A stretch of 61,033 bases of DNA from an uncultured Rubrivirga sp. GTDB lineage: Bacteria; Actinomycetota; Actinomycetes; S36-B12. The notes under the pieces were generated by a model. That model did no database searches, was not told the DNA's origin, and was given only the letters and a program-made list of their open reading frames with translations. Positions 27,570 through 37,000 of the stretch are shown one piece after another. The stretch lies in contig CAZWIW010000004.1 in the NCBI GenBank assembly GCA_964634545.1, positions 1 through 61,033 of the forward strand. The letters run 5' to 3'. Both the position numbers and the translations under genes were made by a program. Numbering within the stretch: position 1 is the first letter of the stretch; each line of letters opens with the position of its first letter.

Positions 27570-28880
27570 ATGCGCCTTCCCACGAGTTCCCGGCTCCCTG
27601 GAGTCCGGCAGTCGGCAGTGGCTGCCGCCTGTGCTTGCTTGGCGCTTTGTTTGGTGGTTCCGCCCGCCGCGGCGCAGGATCCCACGCCGACCCCCGCGCC
27701 CCTCGTGGAACTCGACGGCTCGCCGAGCACAGAGAGCCCCGCCGGCCAAGCGCCCGGTGTCGTCGAGACCGCCGCGCCCACCGACACCACCGTTCCCACC
27801 GCTCCAGTGCTCGGTGGAGCGAAGTTAGGCCTGAAGGGGCCGGTCGCCGATCTGTCCGGAGGGGCCAAGGACCTGCCGAAGGTGAAGGCCCGCACCTGGG
27901 TGCTGGCCGATGCCACGACAGGAGAAGTGCTCGCCGCCAAGAAGGCGCACAAGAAGCGGCGTCCGGCGAGCACGATCAAGACCCTGACGGCGCTCACGCT
28001 GTTGCCCAAACTCGACCCGGAAGCCACCTGGATCGGAACTGCACGAGCGGCGAACACCTACGGCAGCAAAGTGGGGATCAAGAAGGGTCGGGAGTACACG
28101 ATCGATCAACTCTTCTACGGCTTGATGTTGCCTAGTGGCAACGACGCAGCCATCGCACTTGCGCAAGCCAACTCAACGGTGCCGAAGACGGTCGATGAGA
28201 TGAACGAGGTTGCGCAGGAGCTTCAGGCGTACAACACAACCGCGGCCAACACCAGCGGCCTGGATGCCAAGGGTCAGTTCTCCACCGCTTATGACCTCAC
28301 CTTGATTGCTCGGGCGGCCTTGGAGCGGGAGGACTTCCGTACCTACGCAACAACGAAGAAGGCACAGTTCCCGAATCCCAAGAAGAAGCGCAAGAAGCCG
28401 ATCGACATCTACAACCAGAACGATCTGGTGATGGATGACTATCGTGGCGCGGTCGGGGTGAAGACCGGTTACACCAGCAAGGCCGGTCGCACCTTCATCG
28501 GAGCGGCGCAGCGTGATGGCCGCACCCTGATCGTGGCGCTCATGGGGATTCGCGAGCCGAGCGACAAAGCGGCTAAGAAACTGCTGAACTGGGGGTTCAG
28601 GAACCGGGATGCGATTGTTCCGATCGGTGAACTAGTCGATCCGATCTCGGAGGAGACGGTGATCGAGGAGGGCTCGATCGAGCCGGCGGCGACGGCCATT
28701 GCCGAGCAACCGACGAGTGCGCGATCCGATCTCACAGCGGCTCCGGGTGAACCGACGCTGTCGTCGTTGTCACCGACTGCATGGGGCTGGCTCGCCGTGT
28801 TCACCTTCGGTGTGCTGCTGGTACTCGTCAGCTCGGTGCGATGGCTGCGCGGTCGCAAGCAACGCCGCCTCATCACCTGA
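27570..28880 (+). CDS. Serine-type D-Ala-D-Ala carboxypeptidase (S11, PBP5/DacB-like) with a C-terminal membrane anchor
   Basis: It has a signal peptide, the SxxK motif ASTIK, the SxN motif LPSGNDAA and the KTG motif VKTGYT. The C-terminal TM segment is WGWLAVFTFGVLLVLV. Confidence 0.85.
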   Translation: MRLPTSSRLPGVRQSAVAAACACLALCLVVPPAAAQDPTPTPAPLVELDGSPSTESPAGQAPGVVETAAPTDTTVPTAPVLGGAKLGLKGPVADLSGGAKDLPKVKARTWVLADATTGEVLAAKKAHKKRRPASTIKTLTALTLLPKLDPEATWIGTARAANTYGSKVGIKKGREYTIDQLFYGLMLPSGNDAAIALAQANSTVPKTVDEMNEVAQELQAYNTTAANTSGLDAKGQFSTAYDLTLIARAALEREDFRTYATTKKAQFPNPKKKRKKPIDIYNQNDLVMDDYRGAVGVKTGYTSKAGRTFIGAAQRDGRTLIVALMGIREPSDKAAKKLLNWGFRNRDAIVPIGELVDPISEETVIEEGSIEPAATAIAEQPTSARSDLTAAPGEPTLSSLSPTAWGWLAVFTFGVLLVLVSSVRWLRGRKQRRLIT

Positions 28881-28885
28881 CCCGG

Positions 28886-29893
28886 TCACTGCGGCGGTAG
28901 GAATCCCACCTTGTCGTATACGTCGGCCAGGGTGGGGGAAGCGGCTTCGCGGGCCTTCGTTGCCCCGTGATCCATGAGCCGGCGCAACTCGCCTGGATCG
29001 TCGAGGTAATCCTGGGTGGCCTGGCGGATCGGGCCTATGGCTTCAACGACGATCTCCGCGGTGTCCTTCTTCAGGTCCCCGTAGCCCTTGCCTTCGTAGT
29101 CGGCCACGATCTGCTCGACCTGCCGGTTGAGGATGGCTTGTTGCATTGTCAGCAGGTTGGTCACCCCGGGTTTGGTGTTCGGGTCGAAGCGGATTTCCCG
29201 CTCGGAATCGGTGACCGCTGACTTGAGTTTCTTGGTGGTGACGGTGTCCTCGTCGAGGAGGAACAGGCACCCCGGTGGACTCGACTTGCTCATTTTGGCC
29301 GTTGGGTCCTGGAGGTCGACGATCTTGGCTGTCTCTTTCACGATCATCGGCTCGGGAACGGTGAACGTCTCACCGAAGCGGCCGTTGAATCGCTGCGCCA
29401 GATTTCGCGTCAGCTCAAGATGTTGGCGCTGATCCTCACCGACGGGAACGGCGTTCGCCTGGTAGATCAAGATGTCAGCGGCTTGCAGGATCGGGTAGGT
29501 GAACAGCCCCACGGTCGAGCGGTCGGTGCCTCCCTTAGCGCTCTTGTCCTTGAACTGGGTCATTCGGCCGGCCTCGCCGAACCCGGTCATGCACTCAAGA
29601 ACCCAGGTGAGCTGACTGTGCTCGGGTACCTGACTTTGGACGAAGATCGTCGACTTTTCCGGATCCAACCCCACGGCTAGGAGCTGTGCGAAGGACACCA
29701 TCGTGCGCTTGCGCAGCAACTGCGGATCGTGCTCGACGGTGATCGCATGTTGGTCGACCACGCAGTAGAAGGTGTCGTGGGTGTCTTGGAGTCGCACCCA
29801 CTCGCGCAGTGCGCCGAGGTAATTACCGATGTGGAAAGAGTCGGCTGTTGGTTGGATCCCGCTGAGCACGCGAGGACGATCGTGGCTGGGCAT
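28886..29893 (-). CDS. trpS: Tryptophan-tRNA ligase
   Basis: Class I motifs: the HIGH-like FHIGNYLGA and the KMSKS loop AKMSKSSP. 335 aa. Confidence 0.95.
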   Translation of the reverse strand: MPSHDRPRVLSGIQPTADSFHIGNYLGALREWVRLQDTHDTFYCVVDQHAITVEHDPQLLRKRTMVSFAQLLAVGLDPEKSTIFVQSQVPEHSQLTWVLECMTGFGEAGRMTQFKDKSAKGGTDRSTVGLFTYPILQAADILIYQANAVPVGEDQRQHLELTRNLAQRFNGRFGETFTVPEPMIVKETAKIVDLQDPTAKMSKSSPPGCLFLLDEDTVTTKKLKSAVTDSEREIRFDPNTKPGVTNLLTMQQAILNRQVEQIVADYEGKGYGDLKKDTAEIVVEAIGPIRQATQDYLDDPGELRRLMDHGATKAREAASPTLADVYDKVGFLPPQ

Positions 29894-29897
29894 CTTC

Positions 29898-31223
29898 CTA
29901 GTCTTCCAAATCGGTCTGCTGCGAGGAATCCGGCGAGGATTCAGCAGGTAGAACGGATGTGATGCTCACTCGGGCGATGCGTCGTCCATCGAGTTCAAGC
30001 ACCCGGAATTCGTAATCCCCTTCGCGCACGGTGTCGCCGGCCACGGGCAATCGGGTAAGGGATGCCACCAGGAATCCTGCGACTGTTTCGTACGGGCCCT
30101 CAGGCAACTCGATGCCGGTCTCTTCCTCGAAGTCATCGAGGTTCAGCAGACCGTCGACACTCACTTCACCGAGCACCCGGAGGCGATCTTGATCGGTGTC
30201 GACGTCGTACTCGTCTTGGATGTCTCCGATTACTTCCTCGACCAGGTCCTCCATGGTGACGATCCCGGCAGTACCGCCGTACTCGTCCTGAACGATCGCC
30301 AGGTGCTGGCGGGTGCGACGCATCTCGGTGAGGGTGTTCAAGATCGCCTTGCTGCTGGGGAACGCTGAGAGCGGCCGCGCGAGTCGACCCACGTGCATGT
30401 CTGGGTCAGTGATGTTCGGATCCAAGATGTCGCGAATATGCACGAAGCCGACAACGTCATCTGCGGAGTCCCGGATCACTGGATAGCGAGAGTGTGGTTG
30501 GTCGACGACAATTCGCACCGCCTCACTCACCGGGATATTCGTCTCGAGGAATTCGACTTCGGTGCGCGGCAGCATCACCTCGCGCAGTTCACGGTCCCCC
30601 GCCGCGAAAACATCGTCGATGAGGTTCCGCTCTTCCTCGCTCAATTCCTCGTGGGCGGCGACGAGGTCTCGCAACTCCTCACCGGTCATCGCCTCTTTCG
30701 CGGCATGCGGATCGATACCGAGTAGACGCACGATCGCATTCGTGGAGACCGACAACGCGACGATGAAGGGCCGGAAGATCTTGGCGATGAAGTCAATCGG
30801 AATCGCGACGAACAACGCCACCTTCTCGACTCGTTGCAAAGCGATTCGCTTGGGAACGAGTTCACCGAGAACCAGCGACAGGTAGGCGATGAAGACCGTT
30901 ATGACAACGAACGAGATGAGTCCTGCGGCGCCCTCTGCCAGACCAAGGTCGACCAGTGGTTTGGCCACCTCGGGAGCTATGCGGGATGCGCCGAATCCGG
31001 CCGATACGAATCCGGCGAGCGTGACGCCGACCTGCACGGAAGCTAGGAACCGGTTGGGGTCGGCGGTGAGGGTCGCTAGTCGGCGACCCCGCTTGCTGCC
31101 TTCGGCCAGGCGCTGAACTTGGCTTTCGCGCAGCGACACCAAGGCGAGTTCCGCGGCGGCGAAGAAGCCCCCGAGCAGCACGAAGAACAACACGACGAGC
31201 AGGTTGATCCAGATTTGGTTCAC
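29898..31223 (-). CDS. CNNM/hemolysin-family protein (DUF21 TM domain, CBS pair, CorC_HlyC)
   Basis: 441 aa with an N-terminal 4-TM DUF21, a CBS pair ([11 protein letters not shown]..., [27 protein letters not shown]) and a C-terminal transporter-associated domain. GTG start. Confidence 0.85.
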   Translation of the reverse strand: MNQIWINLLVVLFFVLLGGFFAAAELALVSLRESQVQRLAEGSKRGRRLATLTADPNRFLASVQVGVTLAGFVSAGFGASRIAPEVAKPLVDLGLAEGAAGLISFVVITVFIAYLSLVLGELVPKRIALQRVEKVALFVAIPIDFIAKIFRPFIVALSVSTNAIVRLLGIDPHAAKEAMTGEELRDLVAAHEELSEEERNLIDDVFAAGDRELREVMLPRTEVEFLETNIPVSEAVRIVVDQPHSRYPVIRDSADDVVGFVHIRDILDPNITDPDMHVGRLARPLSAFPSSKAILNTLTEMRRTRQHLAIVQDEYGGTAGIVTMEDLVEEVIGDIQDEYDVDTDQDRLRVLGEVSVDGLLNLDDFEEETGIELPEGPYETVAGFLVASLTRLPVAGDTVREGDYEFRVLELDGRRIARVSITSVLPAESSPDSSQQTDLED

Positions 31224-31309
31224 GCAGCCCCGCAGCTCCTTCGGTTCCTCGGCTACTCGTGCTCAGCCACGGCTTTGGCCGCGCTTCCGCCAAGACTAGG
31301 GTCACCGGC

Positions 31310-32200
31310 ATGGTTGATGATGTGGGTGGGGAGCATTTCGTCGATCGACTCTCGCTCTCCCAGGTCGACAGGGACATCTTCACGGGGGTCTGTCACTCGG
31401 GAGCGCCCCTGCGGGCCTACGGCGGGCAGATCGCAGCCCAGGCGCTGATGGCCGCGGGGCAGACGGTCGACGAGGCAGGCCGGCGCGTCCATTCCCTGCA
31501 CGGCTACTTCCTGCGCCCCGGCCGCACGAAGGACACCATCACTTACCTCGTCGAGCGTCCGCGCGATGGTGGAAGTTTCTCCACGCGCATCGTCCGTGCG
31601 GTCCAGCATGGGGAGACCATCTTCATGATGACCACTTCCTTCTCGGTTATCGATCCAGGACCGGAGCACCAATTCCAGATGCCCCGCACGCCGCTGCCGT
31701 CTCAGGGGCGGGATGTCGATATCGCTTCCCGGGCTGTTCCGCCGGGCGCAAGTGCCCAGGACTACGACTTTCCCGATCGCGCGCTCATCGAGATGCGCAC
31801 ACTTTCCGAAACCGACACCCCACTGGATCTCGATGACCAAGGACGGTTCGAGCGGATGGCCTGGGTGCGCATCACCGAACCGATGCCGGCCGATCCGCTG
31901 ATCCAAGCGTGCGCTCTGACGTACCTGTCCGATCTGACCATGGTGACCACGGCCACGAGTCCGCATCGCGAGCAGCGCGCGTCTTTGCAGTTGGCGTCGA
32001 TCGATCACGCCATGTGGTTCCACGCGGACTTCGACACCCACGAGTGGCTGTTGTTCGACCAAGACACCCCGGTCGCCCGGGGCGGCCACGGACTCGCCCG
32101 CGGGTTGTTCTACGACGAAGCCGGAAAGCTGGTCGCCTCGGTCGTGCAGGAGAGCCTGATGCGCACGATGCGCGACCGAAGCGACCAGCCCAGCCAGTAG
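31310..32200 (+). CDS. tesB: Acyl-CoA thioesterase II (double hotdog)
   Basis: FTGVCHSGAPLRAYGGQIAAQALMAA... and a second hotdog half with DHAMWFH. I prefer the ATG at 31310; the upstream track extension carries no motif. Confidence 0.8.
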   Translation: MVDDVGGEHFVDRLSLSQVDRDIFTGVCHSGAPLRAYGGQIAAQALMAAGQTVDEAGRRVHSLHGYFLRPGRTKDTITYLVERPRDGGSFSTRIVRAVQHGETIFMMTTSFSVIDPGPEHQFQMPRTPLPSQGRDVDIASRAVPPGASAQDYDFPDRALIEMRTLSETDTPLDLDDQGRFERMAWVRITEPMPADPLIQACALTYLSDLTMVTTATSPHREQRASLQLASIDHAMWFHADFDTHEWLLFDQDTPVARGGHGLARGLFYDEAGKLVASVVQESLMRTMRDRSDQPSQ

Positions 32201-32205
32201 AGAAG

Positions 32206-33420
32206 TTAGGCCATCGCCCGCTGCAGGTTCTCGTCGATCGAGGCGAGGAACTCCTGGGTTGTCTGCCAGCCCTGATCCGGTCCGATCAGCATCGCGAGGT
32301 CCTTCGTCATCTTGCCCTCTTCGACGGTCTGGATGCACACGCGCTCGAGGGTGCGGGCGAACTCGCTGACAGCGGGTGTGCCATCGAGCTTGCCGCGGTG
32401 CTCGAGGCCGCGCGTCCACGCGAAGATCGAGGCGATCGGGTTGGTGGAGGTCGGCTTGCCTTGTTCGTGTTGCCGGAAATGACGCGTGACCGTGCCATGC
32501 GCGGCCTCGGCTTCCACCGTCTTGCCATCCGGAGTCATCAGGACCGAGGTCATGAGTCCTAGCGAGCCGAAGCCTTGGGCCACGGTGTCGGACTGGACGT
32601 CGCCGTCGTAGTTCTTGCACGCCCACACGTAGCCGCCTTCCCATTTCAGTGCGGCGGCAACCATGTCGTCGATGAGGCGGTGCTCGTAGGTGATCCCGGC
32701 CTTGGCGAAGTCATCTGCGAACTCTGCCTCGAACACCTCGGCGAACAAGTCCTTGAAGCGGCCGTCGTAGGCCTTCAGGATCGTGTTCTTGGTCGACATG
32801 TACACCGGATAGTTGCGCGCGAGCCCGTATCGGAACGAAGCGCGGGCGAAGTCACGGATCGACTCATCGAGGTTGTACATCCCCATGGCCACGCCGCCGG
32901 CGGGGAAGTCGAAGACGTTGAACTCCATCGGCTCGGAGCCATCTGCGGGGGTGAAGGTCATGGTCAGAGTGCCTGCTTGCTCCACCTTGAAGTCGGTGGC
33001 GCGGTACTGATCGCCGAAGGCGTGACGGCCAACGATGATCGGTTTGGTCCAGGTGGGCACCAGACGCGGGATGTTGTCGATGATGATCGGCTCCCGGAAG
33101 ATCACGCCACCGAGGATGTTGCGGATCGTCCCGTTGGGGGAGCGCCACATCTTCTTCAGGCCGAACTCCTCGACCCGGGCTTCGTCCGGGGTGATGGTGG
33201 CGCACTTCACGCCCACGCCGTATTCCTGGATGGCGTGTGCTGCATCGATGGTCACCTGATCATCGGTGGCATCGCGGTACTCGATCCCGAGGTCGTAGTA
33301 CTTCAGGTCGACATCGAGGTACTTGAGGATCAACTCGTCCTTGATGAACTGCCAGATGATGCGGGTCATTTCATCGCCGTCGAGTTCGACGACGGGGTTC
33401 TCGACCTTGATCTTCGACAC
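32206..33420 (-). CDS. icd: NADP-dependent isocitrate dehydrogenase (homodimeric, eukaryote-like IDH1 type)
   Basis: [23 protein letters not shown]...[13 protein letters not shown]. The GTG start at 33420 lies 9 nt after the mdh stop. The Arg-rich 63-aa track extension is rejected. Confidence 0.93.
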   Translation of the reverse strand: MSKIKVENPVVELDGDEMTRIIWQFIKDELILKYLDVDLKYYDLGIEYRDATDDQVTIDAAHAIQEYGVGVKCATITPDEARVEEFGLKKMWRSPNGTIRNILGGVIFREPIIIDNIPRLVPTWTKPIIVGRHAFGDQYRATDFKVEQAGTLTMTFTPADGSEPMEFNVFDFPAGGVAMGMYNLDESIRDFARASFRYGLARNYPVYMSTKNTILKAYDGRFKDLFAEVFEAEFADDFAKAGITYEHRLIDDMVAAALKWEGGYVWACKNYDGDVQSDTVAQGFGSLGLMTSVLMTPDGKTVEAEAAHGTVTRHFRQHEQGKPTSTNPIASIFAWTRGLEHRGKLDGTPAVSEFARTLERVCIQTVEEGKMTKDLAMLIGPDQGWQTTQEFLASIDENLQRAMA

Positions 33421-33428
33421 GTGTCTCC

Positions 33429-34385
33429 TCACAGATCCTTGACGTCGGCCTGCTTGGCCTTGACGGCTTCGTATGCCTGCTCCAGCAGGGCCTTCTCGTC
33501 GGCGGTCATCGGGGTCTCGATCACCTTGCGGATGCCTTGCTTGCCGAGTTCGGCCTCGACCCCGAGGTAGGCGCCGGACAGTCCGTATTCGCCGTCTACC
33601 CATGCGCACACCGGCATCACGGTGCCGGAATCCTCGTGCACCGCCCGTGCCATCCGAGCCGCAGCCGCCGAGGGGGCGTAGTACGCCGATCCGGTCTTGA
33701 GTAGCCCGACGATCTCGGCACCACCGTTGCGGGTGCGCTCGACGAGTTCGTCGACCTTCTCCGCGGAGACAAGTTCGGTGAGCGGCTTGCCATCGACAGC
33801 GCAGACCGACGCGACCGGAACCATGGTGTCGCCGTGGGATCCCAGGGTCAGCGTCTTGACCGAGCCGACAGGAACGTCGAGCTCCTCGGCCACGAAGTGT
33901 GTGAAGCGCGCGGTGTCGAGCATGCCCGCCTGGCCGAGGACTCGGTTGTGCGGGAACTGCGTGACGATCTGCGCGAGCGCAGTCATCTCATCGAGCGGGT
34001 TGGCCACGTTGATGACCACGCACTCGGGTGCGTACTTGGCGACGTTCTCTGCGACCTGGCGCATGATCTTCGCGTTGGTCTCGATCAAATCCATGCGGCT
34101 CATGCCGGGCTTGCGCGGCAGTCCCGCGGTGATGATGACGATCTCGGACCCGGCGATCGCCTCGTATCCCTCGCCATTGGGTCCGGTGGTCTGACCGACC
34201 AGCTTCGTCTCGAAACCTTCGACCCACCGGGACTGATTCATATCCAGCGCGAGTCCTTCGGCTTTGCCGTCCACCACATCGGTGAGAACGACCGTTTCGA
34301 AGATGTCGTATTCGGCCAATCGCAGTGCCGTCGTGGAGCCGTAGAAACCGGCGCCGACCACTGTCACCTTGCCGCTTCGTGCCAT
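33429..34385 (-). CDS. mdh: Malate dehydrogenase (LDH-like type)
   Basis: [24 protein letters not shown] Rossmann fold and the catalytic loop [10 protein letters not shown]. The SD ggagga lies 6 nt upstream of the ATG at 34385. Confidence 0.93.
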   Translation of the reverse strand: MARSGKVTVVGAGFYGSTTALRLAEYDIFETVVLTDVVDGKAEGLALDMNQSRWVEGFETKLVGQTTGPNGEGYEAIAGSEIVIITAGLPRKPGMSRMDLIETNAKIMRQVAENVAKYAPECVVINVANPLDEMTALAQIVTQFPHNRVLGQAGMLDTARFTHFVAEELDVPVGSVKTLTLGSHGDTMVPVASVCAVDGKPLTELVSAEKVDELVERTRNGGAEIVGLLKTGSAYYAPSAAAARMARAVHEDSGTVMPVCAWVDGEYGLSGAYLGVEAELGKQGIRKVIETPMTADEKALLEQAYEAVKAKQADVKDL

Positions 34386-34414
34386 GGGGAGTCCTCCGCA
34401 GTCAGGGGGAAGAA

Positions 34415-34430
34415 ATCTTGACGTCAAGAT
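34415..34430. promoter_or_regulatory. Perfect 16-bp palindrome ATCTTGACGTCAAGAT upstream of mdh-icd, a candidate operator that also overlaps a -35-like TTGACG
   Basis: The sequence is exactly self-complementary. It lies 30 nt upstream of the mdh ATG, in a 112-nt gap. Confidence 0.4.
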
Positions 34431-34451
34431 ACCTGCTGCGTGGAGTGGGGA

Positions 34452-34466
34452 GCCCGCCGGGCGGGC
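34452..34466. terminator. Short GC hairpin after the DUF3017 gene (gcccgc-cgg-gcgggc)
   Basis: 6-bp GC stem and 3-nt loop with no U tract, an I-shaped terminator candidate. It is weak. Confidence 0.3.
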
Positions 34467-34497
34467 GGCGGGGGATCAACGGGGGATCAGCGACCGA

Positions 34498-34818
34498 TTA
34501 TCGAGGTGGTGGAACCCAGAAGGCGAATACCGCGAGAAGCACTCCGAGCGTGCCTAGGACAGCGACATCGACCCGGCGGGATCGCACAACGAGTAGTCCG
34601 GCTTCCCGATCCGGTAGCAGCAGGCGCAGGAAAGCCGCCAGCAGGACGCTCCCGGCAAGAACGACAGCGCCGCGACGGAAGTAATCGAAACCGACGAGCC
34701 CGAGGGCGATGACGACGCCGAGCAACACCACGGCAATCGGCCACTGGTGCCACCAACGGCTATCTCGCAGGTCGCGGACGTTGTCGGGCTTCTCGCTCGT
34801 GGTGTCGTCGTTCGGCAT
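34498..34818 (-). CDS. DUF3017-like small membrane protein downstream of folD
   Basis: 106 aa: MPNDDTTSEKPDNVRDLRDSRWWHQWPIAVVLLGVVIALGLVG..., with 3 TM helices. The ATG at 34818 lies 9 nt after the folD stop. The rest of the 254-aa track ORF is an out-of-frame overlap of folD. Confidence 0.65.
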   Translation of the reverse strand: MPNDDTTSEKPDNVRDLRDSRWWHQWPIAVVLLGVVIALGLVGFDYFRRGAVVLAGSVLLAAFLRLLLPDREAGLLVVRSRRVDVAVLGTLGVLLAVFAFWVPPPR

Positions 34819-34826
34819 TTGGTGGC

Positions 34827-35678
34827 TCAGGACGCGGAGTTCTCGGCGGCCTCGACGACGTTGGCCAGCAACATCGCGCGAGTCATCGGTCCGGTCCCTC
34901 CGGGCATCGGTGCGACGAAGCCGGCTACATCGACCACATCCTTGGCGACGTCTCCCACGAGCCCTTCGTCGGTGCGGGTGATGCCGACGTCGAGCACAGC
35001 GGCGCCGGGCTTGACGTCCTGAGCTCGCACCATCCCGGGGACGCCGGCTGCCGCAACGACGATGTCCGCCCGGGCGATCTCCGCGGATGTGTCGGCCGTG
35101 CCGGTATGGCAGAGGGTCACCGTGGCGTTCTCGCTGCGCCGAGTCAGGAGCAGCCCTAGCGGTCGACCGACGGTCACGCCACGACCGATCACTACTGCGT
35201 GAGCGCCGTTGATGGGGACGTCGTAGGCGCGGAGCAATTCCACGATGCCTCGGGGAGTGCACGGCAGTGGGGCGTCGATTCCGAGCACGAGTCGACCGAG
35301 GTTCATCGGGTGCAGGCCGTCGGCATCCTTGGATGGATCCATCAACTCCAGCACCCGGTTCGCATCGAGGTGCTTGGGCAGCGGCAGTTGCACGATGTAC
35401 CCGGTCACCGATGGATCGTTGTTGAGGCGATCGATCTCGGCTTCGAGTTCGGCTTGGCTGGTGTCGGCGGGAAGGTCAACCCGGATCGAGGCGATGCCGA
35501 CCTCGGCGCAGTCCTTGTGCTTGCCACCCACGTAGGCGTGGGAACCGGGGTCATCACCGACGAGCACTGTGCCCAGACCAGGTTGGATGCCCGATGCCTT
35601 GAGCACCTTGACCCGTTCGGCCAGTTCGGCCTTGACCCGCGCTGCGGTTGCTTTCCCATCGAGGGTGATCGCTGCCAT
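34827..35678 (-). CDS. folD: Bifunctional methylenetetrahydrofolate dehydrogenase / methenyl-THF cyclohydrolase
   Basis: [13 protein letters not shown]..., [14 protein letters not shown] and [10 protein letters not shown] motifs. 283 aa. Confidence 0.95.
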   Translation of the reverse strand: MAAITLDGKATAARVKAELAERVKVLKASGIQPGLGTVLVGDDPGSHAYVGGKHKDCAEVGIASIRVDLPADTSQAELEAEIDRLNNDPSVTGYIVQLPLPKHLDANRVLELMDPSKDADGLHPMNLGRLVLGIDAPLPCTPRGIVELLRAYDVPINGAHAVVIGRGVTVGRPLGLLLTRRSENATVTLCHTGTADTSAEIARADIVVAAAGVPGMVRAQDVKPGAAVLDVGITRTDEGLVGDVAKDVVDVAGFVAPMPGGTGPMTRAMLLANVVEAAENSAS

Positions 35679-35725
35679 GGGGTGAGCGTGGCACAGCCGC
35701 AGGCGACTGCCAAGCAGCCGACGGA

Positions 35726-36382
35726 TCAGTGGTCAGCGAAAAGATGCGGGGCGGAGGAAAGTTCCCGCCGGGTCCGGCGGATGTGGCCCAGCAGATGCAA
35801 CTCGGCTCCCTCGGAATCACCCTGCCGCAGGGCGTCGAGCAGCAGCCGGTGTTCGGCGTTGATGACCCAGGCCCGGCCCGGCCCGCCCGATTCCATGAAG
35901 GCACGCCGATAGTGCTGCGTGGAGTTCCACAATCGCTCGATCGTTGCCATCAATTGCTCGTCGGTGCAGCCGGTGTAGGTGAGCATGTGCAGCTCGCGGT
36001 CGAGGGTCAGGAAGTCGATGACGTCCACGCCGGCTTCGATGCGTTCTTGGATGGCTTCCACGGCGTCGAGATCTTGTGTTGTGAGCCGGGGCAAGCTCGT
36101 GGACAGCGCCAGGGGCTCCAAACGCTCGCGCATTCGGTACAACGTTTGGACTTCATCGCGGTCCAGCACGGGTACGCGGGCACCCTTGTTGGCTTCGATC
36201 TCGACGAGACCTTCGGCCGCCAGAGTGCGAAGCGCCTCGCGCACCGGAAGCCTGCTGCCGCCGAGTCTTTCGGCGATGTCCTCTTGACGAAGGCGCTCAC
36301 CTGGACCGATCGCGCCACTGAGGATCTCCGCACGCAGGGAACTGAGGATGCGGCCTGTTGTACTAGCGGGCGCTTCGGTCAT
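35726..36382 (-). CDS. GntR-family transcriptional regulator (FadR/FCD subfamily)
   Basis: w[33 protein letters not shown] plus an all-helical FCD-like C-terminus. The ATG at 36382 lies 1 nt after the VOC stop. Confidence 0.85.
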   Translation of the reverse strand: MTEAPASTTGRILSSLRAEILSGAIGPGERLRQEDIAERLGGSRLPVREALRTLAAEGLVEIEANKGARVPVLDRDEVQTLYRMRERLEPLALSTSLPRLTTQDLDAVEAIQERIEAGVDVIDFLTLDRELHMLTYTGCTDEQLMATIERLWNSTQHYRRAFMESGGPGRAWVINAEHRLLLDALRQGDSEGAELHLLGHIRRTRRELSSAPHLFADH

Positions 36383-36383
36383 G

Positions 36384-36887
36384 TCAGTCGAATAGTTCCG
36401 GATGATGGTCGAAGGCCTTGCCATCGGGGTAGCTGCACAACTCGAAGTACATCCCCCATGGCGCCTTGAAGTAGACCCAGCGTTGACCTTCGCTGGCGCT
36501 CTTGCTTGACGTGGGAGTACTGAGGATCTCGACATCGTGATACTCGAGGTAGGCGATGGCCGCATCGAGGTCCTCGACGTACACCGCCACGTGATGACCA
36601 CCGACATCGCTGTTGCGGGGAACCTCGGCGTGCTGCTCGGGTGCCTGCCACTCGAAGACCTCGAAGACCGCCTGACCGCCGAGTCGGTAGAAGTGCAACT
36701 CGCGCATCACCGCGCGGGGGTGGACGTCGAGGTGCTCGCGCATCCAGTCCGTGTCCGGGTGGACGAAGGGGCCGAGTTTGTACATGTACTCACAACCCAG
36801 GACATCCACCAAGAAGCGGTCCGCCTGGGCCAAATCCGGCACGGTGAAGCCGATGTGGTCCAGCCGCTGCAGCCCGGGTATCGCCAT
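36384..36887 (-). CDS. VOC-family (glyoxalase/bleomycin-resistance/extradiol-dioxygenase fold) protein
   Basis: 167 aa with paired beta-alpha-beta-beta-beta modules. The candidate metal ligands are LDHIGF, GGHHVAVYV and YFEL. I prefer the ATG at 36887. Confidence 0.8.
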   Translation of the reverse strand: MAIPGLQRLDHIGFTVPDLAQADRFLVDVLGCEYMYKLGPFVHPDTDWMREHLDVHPRAVMRELHFYRLGGQAVFEVFEWQAPEQHAEVPRNSDVGGHHVAVYVEDLDAAIAYLEYHDVEILSTPTSSKSASEGQRWVYFKAPWGMYFELCSYPDGKAFDHHPELFD

Positions 36888-36908
36888 GATGTCTCCCTGA
36901 TAGGTGTT

Positions 36909-36981
36909 CTGGATCCAATCTAGGCGAAAGGCCCGCCAAAAATTGGAAAATCTTGGAATTTCACTTGAGATTGGATCCAAT
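36909..36981. promoter_or_regulatory. Divergent control region with repeated TTGGA/TCCAA half-sites, including the perfect palindrome ATTGGATCCAAT
   Basis: tggatccaat is at 36910..36919 and attggatccaat at 36970..36981, with extra attgga (36942..36947) and cttgga (36952..36957). The region is conspicuously AT-richer than its flanks. The outer sites lie about 20 nt from each divergent start codon. Confidence 0.5.
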
Positions 36982-37000
36982 TTCTGCCATCGTCCCGGCT

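Noticed and set aside
25982-28057. 691-aa minus-strand ORF opposite purH and the DD-carboxypeptidase
   Set aside because: It is antisense to two well-supported genes and crosses their intergenic region. It has no motifs and a high-GC shadow-frame composition.
33421-33609. 63-aa N-terminal extension of icd in the track ORF. Similar extensions occur on mdh (34386..34427), gntR (36383..36607), VOC, tesB, SDRs, the aldolase and the binding protein.
   Set aside because: The extensions are Arg/Pro-rich, overlap upstream genes or their stops, and precede internal starts that match the conserved N-termini of the families and have better SD spacing.
34819-35262. The upstream two-thirds of the 254-aa track ORF 34498..35262
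   Set aside because: This part is an out-of-frame overlap with the 3' end of folD and is Arg-rich. Only the last 321 nt (34498..34818), starting at an ATG 9 nt after the folD stop, encode a plausible DUF3017-type membrane protein.
35679-35725. ZTP (pfl) riboswitch upstream of folD, and likewise upstream of purN/purH
   Set aside because: The gap is only 47 nt and lacks the conserved GGGUCGUGACUGGCG / CCGCCUGGGCA-type elements as I recall them. purN has only a 29-nt upstream gap. There is no support.
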